Of a stretch of DNA of 64,000 bases, positions 23,640-37,082 are shown one piece after another. Origin of the DNA: Chiloscyllium plagiosum (Eukaryota); assembly GCF_004010195.1 (NCBI RefSeq), contig NC_057730.1, positions 32,334,271 through 32,398,270 on the forward strand. Direction: 5' to 3'. Each line of letters starts with the position of its first letter. Position 1 is the stretch's first letter. The notes beneath the pieces were generated by a model. The model worked only from the letters and a program-made list of their open reading frames with translations, was not told the DNA's origin and made no database searches. The position numbers were made by a program, and so were the translations under genes.

Positions 23640-24640
23640 GTTAATGGGGTTTAGAAGAAACCTGTTGCTGGTTGAAGTTATACCCAGCACAAAAGAAGAT
23701 GGCTGTAGTTGTTAGAGCCATCTCAGCTCCAGGACATCTCTGAAGGAGTTCCTCAAGGCAGTATCCTGGATCCAATCATCTTCAGTTGCTTCATCAATGA
23801 CCTATTCTCCATAATGAGATCAGAATGTGCACTGATAACTATCCAGCATCATTCAAGACACCTCACACTATAGCAGTCTATGTCCATTGACAGCAAATCC
23901 TGGATAAGTGGCCAGTAACATTTGTGCCACACAAGTGCAAGGCAAAGACCATCTCTAATAAGACTGAATCTAACCATCATGCCTTGGCATTCAATGGCAT
24001 TATCATCATTGAAACATCCTGGGCGTTACCATTGACCAGAACCTGAACTGAACCAGCCATATATATTTTGGTGACAAGAGCAGATCAGACACTAGGAAAG
24101 CTGTGACAAGTAACTCACCCATGTCTACTCAAAACCTGTTCACCATTTCCAAGGCACAGATCAGTAACATGGAACACTCACCGATTGCCTAGATGAGTGC
24201 AATTTCAATAATATTCAAGAAGCTTGACACCATTTGATGGGGACCCCATTCAACATCTTCAACCATTCCCTTCACTACTAACGCATAGTAGCGGCAGTGT
24301 GTGAAATCTACAAGATGATGTAACACACCAGATTGCTTTGATGTACTTTCCAACTTTCCACCACTACCATCTAGAAAGAAACAATCAGTGGATGCACGGG
24401 TACAGCCCTGCTTCCAGGGTCCCTTCCAAGCCACACATCATTCTGATTTGAAACTATATCTGTTCTGTCAATGTTGCTGGGTCAAGATTCTGGAATTCCC
24501 ATCCTAACAACACTGGTGTACATAAGCCCTAGGGACTGCAACAGTTCAAGAAGGCAGCTCACCATCTCCAGTACAATTAGAGATGGGCAATAAATCCTGG
24601 TCTGGCCAGTGATGTCCACATGCCACAAATGAATTCAAAC
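23640..24640 (+). mobile_element. Old LINE RT and 3' UTR, interrupted by the HE1 SINE
   Basis: GGAGTTCCTCAAGGCAGTATCCTGG (GVPQGSIL) at ~23745; family 3' tail at 24530-24640. Confidence 0.75.
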
Positions 24641-25011
24641 AAAATCTAGAGAAGCTGTGACAAACAGAGTCTGAGACTGTCAGGAGACTGAGTGGATCTA
24701 TATTAGAATGATTGAAATTACTAATATTGTCTAGAGAAATGTTGGGTTACCAAGTTGACATTTTGTTCAAGGTACCCAGAGGGTTAAATGCTCCCTTACC
24801 TCATCATGCCTGTCATCTCTTCCATTCGTCCAAACAGGTCCTTGTCATGCTGATCCTCCACCACTCCCTTCATGACCTCCCATTACCCCATACAGTCAAA
24901 AGCCCCATGCATCCCCAACGCCCTGACAAACTCTACCCATCACTGGTTTTCACATTTCCCCTTCTCTCTCACCTGAAAATGGTAAAGCTGGAAGCAAAGT
25001 CAATCCTTTAC

Positions 25012-25070
25012 CTGAGATCAATGTTATGTCTCTCCATTGGAGGTAAACATAGAGGTTTCCGAACAACATG
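25012..25070 (-). CDS. MFSD11: MFSD11-like exon 6 (59 nt)
   Basis: MLFGNLYVYLQWRDITLIS; TTTTACAG / GTAAAG. Confidence 0.93.
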
Positions 25071-25519
25071 CTGTAAAAATACATCAAACTTGTTAGTCAC
25101 CCAAAACAGAACATGAAGACTTAGATTCCCCACCACAGCAGGTCACCCTGAGACACAGATAAATAAAAGGAAGTGGCAGAATTGAAAAATCAATATCATA
25201 TCCATTTTGGTTCAGAACAGTATATTGATTTTCCAGTACACAGAATTATATGCAAATTACAACACCAAAATAGATCATTTGGTTCAACTGTTCAATGCTA
25301 GTATTTATCTTCAAAGTGAATCTTATCACTTAAAACAAATATAAACATAACAAGCTGAATGGCCTCCTTGCGTGCTGTATATTTCTATGATTCCATTAGG
25401 GAGAGGGATAGTCCAGGCTATTAGATTATACCAGGCACCATTATGGGCAAAGAAAGAATATTTAAGGGCCAGGTTATATCTATGTTGCCTAGTTCTTTTA
25501 GGAGTCTGCAGTTCTTTAC

Positions 25520-25616
25520 CTGGATTGTAACAGAGCCCAGAAGATCCCAGTATTCCTATTGATAGTGGTGCAGTCAGAGTTCAAGATAAGGAAGTTTCCC
25601 TGAGCAGTCCACAGCA
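25520..25616 (-). CDS. MFSD11: MFSD11-like exon 5 (97 nt)
   Basis: VLWTAQGNFLILNSDCTTINRNTGIFWALLQS (UNC93-family LWTAQG motif). Confidence 0.97.
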
Positions 25617-26019
25617 CTGAAAGAGAAGAAAGAACATGGGCAGAGTTGTCTCCTCAATGTGTACCACTGTACTGAGTTAACTGGCATATGGTGAGATAGT
25701 GATTGGGGCTACAACTGGGTTTAGAGACACTGGTGTGAGGAAGTGGGGAGGAAGCAGAAAGACTGTCAAGATTACCAATCCTATTACTGCTCTGGTTAAT
25801 AGGCATGCGGATATCAGTTCAGGCCATGACTAGAGTTATCTGCAAACTCTCCCTACCTTATTCGACTCACCATCCCTACTCTTCATGCCTCAATAGCATA
25901 TGGACCCTCATCCTCTGGGCACAAGCACAAAGATAGATACTTGTCTGAAACAGTTGACGAGGAGGCATCCCCAGGGTGTGGAGATAGTGGCAAGGCAGTT
26001 CCTCAGGAGAAGACAGCAG

Positions 26020-26355
26020 GGCAGCATGGTGGCTCAATGGTTAGCATTGATAGTGCCAGGGACCTGGGTTCGATTCCCCCTTCGGACGGCTGTCTGTGTG
26101 GAGTTTGCATGTTGTTCCCGGTGGGTCGTGTGGATTTCCTCTAAGTGCACTGCTTTCCTCCTACAGTCCAAAGATGTGCAGGTTGGGTGAATTGGCAATG
26201 GTAAATTGCCCATAGTGCCCAGGGATAAGTAGGTTAGGTGGATTAATCATAGGAAATGCACATTATAGGGTATGGTCTGGGTGGAATGCTCTGTGGAGGT
26301 TTGGTGCAGACTTGATGGGATGAATGGCCTGCTTCCTGGGGATTCTATGATTCTA
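26020..26355 (+). mobile_element. HE1-type SINE
   Basis: A/B boxes, V-domain, GATTCTATGATTCT tail. Confidence 0.85.
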
Positions 26356-26416
26356 CAATAGGAGATACAGAGAGACTAGGATTTGGAAATAAAGGTTCAG
26401 GATGCATTCTACTCAC

Positions 26417-26496
26417 CAGCTGCAGCAAATCCAATGAAGATGGACGTAATATAGAATGACCAAGTCATTGGCTTACTGAATGAAACCACGTAACCG
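26417..26496 (-). CDS. MFSD11: MFSD11-like exon 4 (80 nt)
   Basis: GYVVSFSKPMTWSFYITSIFIGFAAA; TTTTTCTCAG / GTGAGT. Confidence 0.95.
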
Positions 26497-28823
26497 CTGA
26501 GAAAAACAAAAAAAACACAACTACAATAAAAGGCAGGAACAAGGTCATCACTCTGAGCTTTACTGCAGATGCTTGTGGTACAGATGATCATAGAAACAAG
26601 AGGAGTGCATTGAGAATTCTCCCTCAAAATTCTCTTTTCCCCCAAATAGTGCAATGCCATAATTTATTTTCAAAAGCACCTATTTATAACCAGCCTGTAC
26701 TGGCTTCAACCTAGCACAATATAAGGATGTAAACTGCCAACTGAGCAACATTTCAGTTCCTTCAAGGGGTAAATGGGAATAATTGAAGTATTTTATCATT
26801 CACAATAAAATTTTTAAAAATGACCAGAATTAGTTTTGGATTTGATTGAACTAAGGACAGCTGAACACAATTTCCCACAATCCCCTAATCCCAACATTGG
26901 AAGGGACTCTTCTAGTACAGTGGACATGTCATGACGTCTGAGGCAAGAGTCCTGGGTTCAAATCCCACCTGCTCCAGAGGTGTGTAATAACATCTCTGAA
27001 CAGGTTGATTAGAAAATATCTGGAAAGCAGACCGAGAAGGGCTCTTGTGGCACAGTGGTATCCATCAATGTTCTTGATGCCTTTGCCTTACAGTTAGCTG
27101 GCCACCACGGGGAATGCAATGATCTGTTTCACCCTCCAACTTTATTTTGATTTATCCCCTTCCATCTCCCTACCCCTCCCTCACATTTGATGGTGTGCAT
27201 TGCCTGTAACAGACTTTGCATGTAAATGTCTAATTGGCTACATGGGTGATTTACTAGTGGCATTTAAAAGTTAAAAAGAAAAACAATTCACTGTGATTTT
27301 ATGATGGGAAAGCCATTCGGTTATAGGTAAGAGCACTTCCAGATTTACAAAAAGCAGGTCCAGAGATGAGTCTGCAGAACTTTCTAACCCAGGCAGGGAC
27401 TAACCTATGTATGTCAGAGTAATGGCGCTATTTTGGTGTTCAACAATAATTGATGTTCCTTTCCAGTCAAATTTCCTGAGTTATTAAACTCTGCAACATA
27501 AAATGATTGTCCACAGATTCTGGAACAAAACTTTTTCTCTGCTATGGTTCAGAATCTGGTGTCCAATCCACCCATGGGTTGGGGCTGTCTCCATGAACTT
27601 GGTGGTTAGGCCTTACCTGTAGCAGCACAGCTAAGTGAACAAACCAACAAAAAGGAGGCCAGATAATGGCACACTTACAGCAAAGTTGAAGGCCACTCAG
27701 CCTGTTGCACCTGTGCTGGTGGTAGAGCCCTTTCTTATTTTTCACTATTTAAATTTTATTCTTTTATCAATTTTGAATTATGAGGTAGAAATCACTGATG
27801 GACACTGAGTCAACTTAGATTTAAAAAAAGAATGGATCAGGAAGTCTTTGTTTATTATTGAGGCCAGGCCTGGAGGCTAATTGCAGGCTGAGCCTTGATT
27901 AAACACAGTGACCCGCCAGGAAAAGCAGATAACAGAAAATTGCTACCAACAAGGTCAGTACTTGGAAATTAGTTCCAGTAAGTCTGAAAGAGTCGCCATG
28001 TTCAATTAGATGGCAGCTGTTGAAAGGTGACTGAGATGTCAGGGAGTGTCTAACAGGGTTGAACCAGAATTAGTTGTTCTTTGGAACAACGTCATCTCAG
28101 AGGTTCTGGGCTATCACTGAGACAGCATGAAGATTTGAAAGCTCCCTGTCTACTCTGATATATCAATTTCCAGAAGCCTAAATAGAGGAGGAATTGCTGC
28201 CTTTGCCTGGGTGAACTGAGAACCCTGATCAACATTTCAGGAAAGAAAGATCAAGCAGTCCAGATTTATACCTGTGAACAATGCATTGTGAAGGACATTT
28301 ATGTAATCTGGCTAGTTTTGTTATTTCTTTTATTTATCTCTCAAATGTGTTTCTGTCTTTTGTGTGAATGAAACTGAAAACAAATGTTATGGGTTTAAAG
28401 CATAGAAGTTAATCAGCTTACTGTGCTGTCCAATTTTCTTTCAGCTAATGTTAGTTGGGGTTTCTGGACATTAATTCCTCACAAAGTCTAGTGTTGGTAA
28501 TGCAAAAGTCTGGTTAGGAACCATTGTAGTGACTATTTGGGGGTCTCTGATGGTTTAATTTGATGGTGTTATGAATACAGGGGTCAAAAGACTGCTTTGG
28601 TTCAGCTGTCTGTCTCTGTATGGTAGTACTGGCTCTTTAAAACTCTATCCAAATATAATCCCATTCTTTCTCATCATTGAGTGGATATAAGATTCAAAAG
28701 AACAAAGGATTGAAAGTTCCCAGGGTACATACTAGGAATATCAACTGAATTGATGGGGCCAAGTTTAACTTGAGTAGATATCAGCAGTATAAGAGATAAA
28801 AACCTACCAGGGTCCAGCATTAC

Positions 28824-28931
28824 CTGTAAACAACTCCACTGAAAACCATTGACATCTTCGGTCCAACAACTGCTACCACAGATGGTGCAATGAGATTAGA
28901 AGCTGAAAATACTCCATAAATAATGGCAAGG
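28824..28931 (-). CDS. MFSD11: MFSD11-like exon 3 (108 nt)
   Basis: LAIIYGVFSASNLIAPSVVAVVGPKMSMVFSGVVY; CCAG / GTAATG. Confidence 0.97.
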
Positions 28932-30127
28932 CTGGCAAAAGAAACATAAGGAAGTTTGATGCTTGGGCAGGCCATTTAATGTTCCATTCTTGCTCTTCCC
29001 ACTAGTACTGGCAACAACATTACATTCTCCCCTACCCGCTGGATCTCTTTCCACAACTGATGTGAAATTTACCCCATCGTGGGTGTCTGTAGAAAATGTT
29101 TCTTTTGAAACAGAAGTATGATGTGCTGCACATTAGGTTATACATTGGACAGATAGAAGGTGCTCATAATAATCAGGATGATTCAAACTGGCAGTAAGAC
29201 ACAGACAAGGCATGTTCATAGATTATACTGGGGAGCAGTTGGAAGCTAAGAAGTACATTTTTCAATCCCAAATCACACTAAGTATTGCTCAGACATCTTC
29301 TCTGTGCTCACCTACACTGGCTTCTGGTCCTACAATACCTAAATGTTAAAGTTCTCATTCTTGTTTTCAAATTGCCCTATAGCCTCATCCCTCCCTATCT
29401 GTAATCTTCTCTAGCTGTGCGTCCTTACGTGTTTTTTGCTAACTTCCAAATCAGGCATCTTGTTCATCCTGATATTAATTACTCCACCATTGGAGGCAAT
29501 GTGCCTGGTGTACTAAGCTTTGGAATTCCTTGTCTTAGCTTCTTTATTTCTCTATCTCCTTTGGGATGCTTCTTGAAACACATCTCTGACCAAACTTCTG
29601 GTCCCCTGTCCTAAATATCTCTTACTTTGTCTTGATGTCAAATTTTGTCTTGTTTGCCTTCGGACACTTTACCACATTAAATGTTCACTCTGGTCCCATC
29701 ATATGACCTCACAATGGCAAGGAATTATTCTGCTATGGATGAGGCTTATGGCTGAAATCAAGGTGCACATCCTGGGGAACATCAGATTTCCAGCACACCT
29801 CAGAGAACAGAGATCAGTGTGCCACACAAGCATTAATGCCAACCAAATCATGTGAAATTTGTCTTGTGTCTTCAGCAAAATTGAACTCTCTCACTTGAGG
29901 TGAGTTTGGTGATATGGGGTTTATTGCGTGGCATCCCTACGGCCTTGCTCCCTCCACCCTGATGAAGCCTGTGGACGTTTGGCAATTAATCAAATAATAT
30001 CGACCCCACTAAATCACCACCTGGAAGCATAGTGTAATGATTCAGAGATAGGTTGTGAGGTACCTCAGTCCACATATAATACTATAGACTGTTTCAGCAG
30101 TCAGTAAAGAGTCAAGATTTCTGGTAC

Positions 30128-30183
30128 CTGTTGTAACCGCTGCCGGAGAAACTGCTGTTGGTCAAACTCCTTATTACTGTTTG
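30128..30183 (-). CDS. MFSD11: MFSD11-like exon 2 (56 nt)
   Basis: QTVIRSLTNSSFSGSGYN; TTTTCAG / GTACCA. Confidence 0.93.
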
Positions 30184-31478
30184 CTGAAAAATAACAGTGA
30201 AAGGGTTTACATTTATAAATTTATCATAAATATCCACAACTGAAGCATATTCACATTACACTTCTTTGGTACACAAGGGCCAACCATTCCCCACATTGCT
30301 CGACCCCACAAGCAGGAATGAGATGTGTTTATTTGTTTTTAATAGCCTTGGTTGTGAATTGGATGTTGAATTACAGAATCAGGGAGGAGTCCCCTTTCAG
30401 TACTGAACTTTGGATCTTTAACATCTGCCCCAATTAGTAGAATGGACATTGGTTTAATGTTTAATGTTTTATCTGAAAGATGCCCTTATAACAGTACTGC
30501 ACCCTCTTAATACTCCAATGAAGAATCACCTTAAATTATGTGCTCAAAGTATGGCCTGTGGCCATATTATAGTTAGTAATGAATAAAGAAATAAAATATT
30601 TGGAAGAGGTAAATGTGAAAGTTAATAGATTCTAACTTTAGGTAAGGCTGACTCTAATGGCATGAATCAAAGACTGTTCACGGTAAAGTAGGATCATCTG
30701 TTCATGGGTGTAATGCCACTAATCAGTGGTAAGTGTTCAAAAAGTAATTTAATGTGATACAAAATCAATTTATTCCTTTAAAGGGCAGGGTTTCTATTTG
30801 CCTAAAATACAGACATAGACAACTAAAGAGGTGAGAAAACATTAAAAACTTCATTGCTGGTTCGCACCATGCTGGTGAACAGAAAGCATTTCCAAAAGAA
30901 ACAACAAAAGGACAAAACAGAAAGTCGAAGCTATGAAAGGAGGGTATTAAAATAAGCTTAAACTTTTACAATTACTTTGGGATAAGAAAGTGGTTGGTGT
31001 GTGTGCTGCCATCCATATCTTCTAATTGTGCGTTCTTTCCTTAAGGGTTACATGGTCTACTGTGTGCAATGGTAGCTACTTTCTAGTTCAATGGGAAGAG
31101 GCTTGAGGTGTAAACAATATGTGGTTTATTCCACCTCTGCAAATATATACAGGTCATAAGAATAGGTTCTACATCACTACAAAGACTGTTGGGAGGACAT
31201 GGCCTTAAGTCTGTCTCCCATGTGATCTTACTTCCCGTCCTATAAAGTCCTTATGATATTATTGCAGTGGGTGATGCTTACTTCACTGGGTCAAGTATTA
31301 ACCCTTTTGGATCCTTCTCAACGCTCAACAGTTGGAGTAATATGGTCCCCTTGAAAATATATAGGTGATATTGTGAACAAAAATAAGCAAATGACGGACA
31401 TACTGAATAGTTACTCTGTGTTAGGATTTACAGTAGAATGAAGGGACAGTATGCCAGACAGAATGGCACCAGACCCAG

Positions 31479-31582
31479 CCAGCATGGACTCAGATAGCAG
31501 CCCAGGTCAATGTCATTTCATCAAACAAGAGGAATGCACAGCAGAGCTTCAAGAAGGTAAGTGATCTTCTCAGCTTTGCAAG
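31479..31582 (+). mobile_element. Harbinger-type Myb/SANT-like exon relic
   Basis: In-frame PAWTQIAAQVNVISSNKRNAQQSFKKVSDLLSFA followed by AG|GTAAGT; resembles the W..IA..VN.....R...Q..KK..DL pattern. Confidence 0.6.
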
Positions 31583-32439
31583 GTAAGTGTCACTACCTTC
31601 TCTCTACTACCTCACACTTACTCTAACTCTGTCACTGCACACAACTCCCACCACTATCATTATCCACTGACCAACCATTGAAGTCAGATTGGTGTTGACT
31701 TGCCAAAACACTCCTTCCTGCAGTATCCCATGCTCTCCCATGCTGAAATATTTTTATTCATGTGATGAGAACATCGCTGGCTAGGTCAGTATTTATTGTT
31801 CGTTCCAAATTGCCCAGGGGGCAGTTAAGAGTCAACTACTGTGCTGTGGGTCTGGAGTCACATGTAAACCAGACTAGGTGAGGATGGCATTTTCCTTCCC
31901 TAAAGGACATTAGTGAACCAGATGGGTTTTCCAACAATTGCCAATAGTTTCATGGTCATCATTAAACACTTAATTCCAGATTTTTATTGAATTCAAATTC
32001 TATAACCATCTGCCCTGGGTCGATTCAAATACCCCCCACTAGGCCGTCACGTCTCCAATGTTATATTTTGGAACTGGCTTTAAATATAGTCTTTATTCCC
32101 TCAGTGTCACAGCATAATGCATCCCATCCCCAGTCTTGAGTTTCCCATTTTCCCAAACACAGCATGGATTGCTCCCTGATAATCCACCCTTGATTTTTAC
32201 CGCCCAAACCTTCAGGTGATCATGGCCAACCCCAGAATGATTTGCAAGGACAGCCCTGCATAAGCACAGTCTAGTTTCCTGACTGATTTAGTAATAATCC
32301 CAGACTGGTTGGACTTGACCTACAGGATTGACCATGGAACAGTCTCTGGACTAGAGGGACATGGATCCTGGGATCCTGATTGTATCAAATGCCTGACTGA
32401 TCGTGGCTCACCCCTTGCATTGAGATCAGACAATACACT

Positions 32440-33372
32440 TGACAAAATGTGGTGGCACGCCCTAACCATAGATCACCTTCAATCCTCGAACAAAATGGAT
32501 GAACTTAAAGCTAGGTTTACCTTCCGGAAGGGACTGAAAGACTGCCGTGTATTCTGTTTTACAGAGACATGGCTCACTCCTGCTATACCTGACTGTGCCT
32601 TAAAACCTGAAGGTTTCTCTATACTGTATATCACGTGGACTGCACAGCATTCGCAGGGTAGGGCAAGGGGCAATGGAGTCTGCCTCCTAATCAACACCCC
32701 CCGGCGCTCACTTACTGCACATCAGATCTAGAGTATCTAACAGTGAAATGCAGTCACTACTATCTGCCACACGAGTTCACCTCCGCCATCCTAAAAGCAC
32801 AGTAACAGACTTCATTAGCAATTGTATAGAGGACTACGTGCCAAAGAAGTCAATCTGTGTGTTCTCCAACTGGAAACAATGGATGAACCAGGAAATCTAT
32901 TGTCTACTGAAGATCAGGCATGTGGCATTCAGATGACCTGGACCTTTACAGGAAATCCAAATACGAGCTCTGCAGGGCCATTAGAGATGCCAAGAGCCAA
33001 TGCTGGGCTAAGTTAGAGACACAAACTAGCCACACACCCGCCATCTGTGGCAAGGTCTACACGACACAATGGGCTACAAAATGAAGCAGAACAGAATAGT
33101 GAACAAAAGTACATCCCTCCCTGATGTGCTCAGTGCTTTTTACACTCAGTTCGAACAGAAAGGCAGTGAAATGTTGTTACCTGACCCGACAGCCTCAGAC
33201 ACACCTATTCTCTCGGTCACCATGACAAAAGTCAAATTGGCCTTCTTGAAAGTGAATCCATGGAAAACGATGAAGTCCCCAACTGTGCACTCAGATCCTG
33301 TGCAAACCAACTGGGAAGAGTATTCGCTGACATCTTTAACCTTTCCTTGCTACAATCTGAAGTCCTCACCTG
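32440..33372 (+). mobile_element. Rex1/Babar-type LINE fragment (APE endonuclease to RT start), broken
   Basis: FCFTETWLTPAIPD, GNGVCLLIN, KQWMN, LRSCANQLGRVFADIFNLSL. Confidence 0.8.
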
Positions 33373-33399
33373 CCCGGGATTCATTAGCCTTACTCGTAA

Positions 33400-33865
33400 G
33401 ACGCCTCGCATTGAAATAAATGCAGTTGAATTCATCAGAATTACCTTGTTATCTGTCTTGCTCTTGTATGCCTTTTCCAATTAACTTGCTATTTTCGGAT
33501 TCCGAAGCACCTTCATCTGTCTTTCAACTTTTACTGCAACTGAGGACCCCCAAGTCTCCTAAAATAGAACTAGCAAATTTCCCTCCCAGAATACTGGTCC
33601 CTTTCCAGTTCAGGTGAAACCCATCCCTTTTGAATAGGTCTTCTCTGCCCCAGAAGAAGTCCCAATGATCCAAAAATCTGAATCCTTGCACATTGCACCA
33701 CCTATTCAACCATTGATTTATTTGCCCTATGCTGTTATTCCTATTCTCACCAGAATGCGACACCAGGAGTAAACCAGAGATTACTACCTTTGAGATTCTG
33801 CTTAACCTTCTACCTAACCTCTTCTATTCACTCTGCTAAATCTTAACCCTTTCCCTAACAATGCC
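33400..33865 (-). mobile_element. CR1 ORF1 esterase (SGNH-like) fragment
   Basis: NQWLNRWCNVQGFRFLDHWDFFWGREDLFKRDGFHLNWKGTSILGG. Confidence 0.8.
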
Positions 33866-34329
33866 ATTCCTCCAGTGTGTACCAACAAGTTCTTATCAGA
33901 TCTGTTTGAAGTCTGTCCCCTTTAGCATGTTAGTAGTGACACACTACACGATGGAGTGTCTCTTCAATGTGAAAATGAAACTTTCTTTCCAGAATGCTGG
34001 TGTACTGGTCACTCCTACCAATACTGTTAATGAGGGATGCATCTGTAACAGGTAGATCAGGGAGTATGAGTTAAAGTAGATTTATCACCTGACACAGATT
34101 CGGTCTAGCAGCTATGTCTTGTAGGACACGGCTAGCTTGGTCAATAGTGGTGCTACTGAGCCACTCTTTGTGAAGGACCTTGAAGTCCACCACTCAGAGT
34201 ACATTCTGTGCCCTTGCTATCTTCACCTGTAGTGTTCAAAATGGAGGAGTACTGATTTATCAGCTGACTGTGATACACATGGCTTACTATACATCAGTGC
34301 ACACAATATATAACACAGTCAGGTTCTTA

Positions 34330-34788
34330 TAGAGTCATAGTCATTGACACATACAGCATGAAACATACTCTTCGGTCCAACCTGTGCATGCCAAACATAA
34401 TCCTAAACTAAACTAGTGCTACCTGCCTGCTCCTGGCTTATATTCCTCCAAGCCTTTCCTATTCTTGTACTTATCTAAATGTCTTTTAAATGTTGTAACT
34501 GTGCCCACATCCACCACTTTCTCAGAAGTTCATTCCACAAGTGAACCCTCTGTGTAAAAAATTTGCCCCTCGTGTCCTTTTTAAAACTCTCTCCTCTCAT
34601 CTTAAAAATAAGCCCCCACAAGACTTGAAATCCCCCATCCAAGGAAAAAGACACCTACCATTAACCCTACCTATACCCTCATGATTTTATAAACCTCTAT
34701 AAGGTCACCATACAATTTCCAATGCTCAAGGGAAAAAAGTCCCAGCCTTTCTTTATAACTCAAACCTTTCATACCCAGCAACATCCAT
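34330..34788 (-). mobile_element. CR1 LINE 3' end
   Basis: TAGAGTCATAG tail; similar to 12206-12650. Confidence 0.8.
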
Positions 34789-36913
34789 CTTTGTGATTCA
34801 AATCTGTTTTTGAAATTTGTTTACAACACTAATTATTTACAATGCAAGAATATCACAGAATTATGCACATTCTGGGTTCTAAGTTTACTGCGTTACAGCA
34901 AATTACACACATATAGATAATTGACTACACTGACTCCATTGCATTGAGAGAATTACTGCAGGAGAGCAGAACATCCACATGTACAAACCTGATTGGTTTG
35001 AATCTGTGCCATAAGACAACAAGTAGTGCCCCAAGTCGTACTGATCTTTTTTACCTTCAACAATTCTGACATTCAATATGGTTCTTCTGATTCACTATTT
35101 CAAACTAAGCCTGAATTGTGGAACACATTCCATGGGCTGAAAGGTCATAGTCATAGTCATGTCTTCTTCTGTTCTAGTACTAAGAACTAATTTATGGCCT
35201 CTTGTCATTAATCAGTGGAATTAATGTTTCAACATATAATTTTAAGCTTTCCCAGAATATGGAATACTTGTTGGATGTTCACACACTCTGTGTACTCCTT
35301 TGACTACAGACTTAAATTTCAGCTTTCATGTAGTAATTCTTAATTCTCAACCTTGCCATCATCCTGATGCATCTACGCTGTAGCTATCATACAGAGAAGG
35401 AAAGAGAAAAAAAGTGAGAGAGAGAGATGAAACATGTTCATAAGCAAAGATATAATGTTAAGTTTATCGAAACACTGTGTGCTTGTAGTTATGAGTAGGG
35501 ACTTGAGTGACTGAAACAATCTGTAATTGAGCAGAGAGGGGATTTTTTGAAGTTTGTATTGGTATAGAAAGATTTGAAGGTACAAGGCTATAGGAAGAGA
35601 GCTAGGCAATTGGATTGCTTTTGGTTGTTTGAGCAGTGAGCCAGCATAGATATGACTGGCCTACTCTGTGCTGTAAACATAATATGGTTCTGAACAGCAA
35701 GTTAAATTGAGATGTGCCCTGTGACTCCTGTTCAAATGATGTCATGATCATGGGTTGCTGGTGGGAGATAATGTTATTTAAAGAACAGAGTTTCTGTTGT
35801 GTCCCAGTCATGAATTGATGAGTAAATAGCAACAGTAGCCAATTATTTCAGTTTCTTCTGTAAGGTCTGTTTGTCCCCTCAATTCCAGATGGCTTCTTGC
35901 CATCACTCCTCCAGCATTTCATTCTTTAGAAATGGGATGCACAGTGAATGTTTGCTGACTGTTTGACTATGGTGGGCATAAACCTCTTCCCTGTTAGAAG
36001 CCTGAGGATTCCCTTGTCCTCACCCACCAATCTACAGCGTTTTTGTCACCTCCAGCATATGTCATCAGTAAACACGTCTTCCATCCCTTATCAACACCCT
36101 GTGTTCACTTCTCAGTCACCCCCAACATCCTTCTTCCCATAGTAATTTCCCATGGAAGCACAGGAGAAGCAATCTGTCCTGTTCTGTATGTTTTTACCAG
36201 TGAAGATCACAACCCACTTTCCAGGTGAAAAACAGATTTACTTAAACTTTTTTTCTAATCTAACGTATTGTATTTACTGCTCACAATACTTTGGGAAAAG
36301 TAAGAGCAGGTTGGGTGTTCAGTCAGTTATTCAGGCCGCAAAGATGACACCAGAGTATCCAGCAACCTGTAATTTTAATTCTCTGATTCATTCCTACTCC
36401 GACCTCTCCTACGCGGATCCAACCAAACTCAAATAAACTCCACGAACCTCGATTAGGAACGTTTTGCAGTCTTTCCGGGTCCAACACTAAGTCCAACAGT
36501 TTCAAATCACAAGCTCTGCCCCTTGTGTTTTGGACAGCAACTGTTGGTGGTAAATTCTACCCTGTCCATTCAAACTTAAACAATTACATCTATTATTTAT
36601 TTGTTAACATCTCTCTTTGCACTGTAATATCTTCGTTTTTAATTGTTCCTCATTCCACAGACCTTGCAGCTTGTTCTTTAAACCTCGCCTTTCACCGCTT
36701 TGTTTATAAACTATTACATCTCAAATCATTTTAAGGAAACTTTACAAACCTGAAACTTTAAGTCCGTTTCTCTCTCCACAGATGGTGAACATTTCTGCCC
36801 GTATTTCAAGTTTCCAGCACCGAAAACAAAGTACTTAGCCCTTGTAATAGAGCTTAGCAATGGATTCGCTCTCCCTGGGATTCGCTGCCCATGTCAACTG
36901 GGCTAACACTCAC

Positions 36914-37003
36914 CTCTATGTTCCCGCAGGTAGTGAAGGCGGTGAAGATGAGCATGAAGCCGATACCCAGGAGGTAAACATTGATCACCTTGCGATCGCC
37001 CAT
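36914..37003 (-). CDS. MFSD11: MFSD11-like first coding exon (90 nt CDS)
   Basis: MGDRKVINVYLLGIGFMLIFTAFTTCGNIE; donor GAG|GTGAGT. The 13 exons sum to 1335 nt (444 aa + stop) with no frameshift. Confidence 0.93.
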
Positions 37004-37072
37004 TGAGACACTGAACGGTGCAGCAGCAGCTGATAGTTAAAGAGAGTGGAGATTACTCTGTCCATCAGAGAG

Positions 37073-37082
37073 AGGGGCGGGG
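37073..37082. promoter_or_regulatory. GC box upstream of the MFSD11-like start codon
   Basis: GGGGCGGGG about 70 nt upstream of the ATG; no CpG island. Confidence 0.35.

Noticed and set aside
27780-28600. Possible long solo LTR in intron 3
   Set aside because: The composition is suggestive, but I could not define termini or a TSD.
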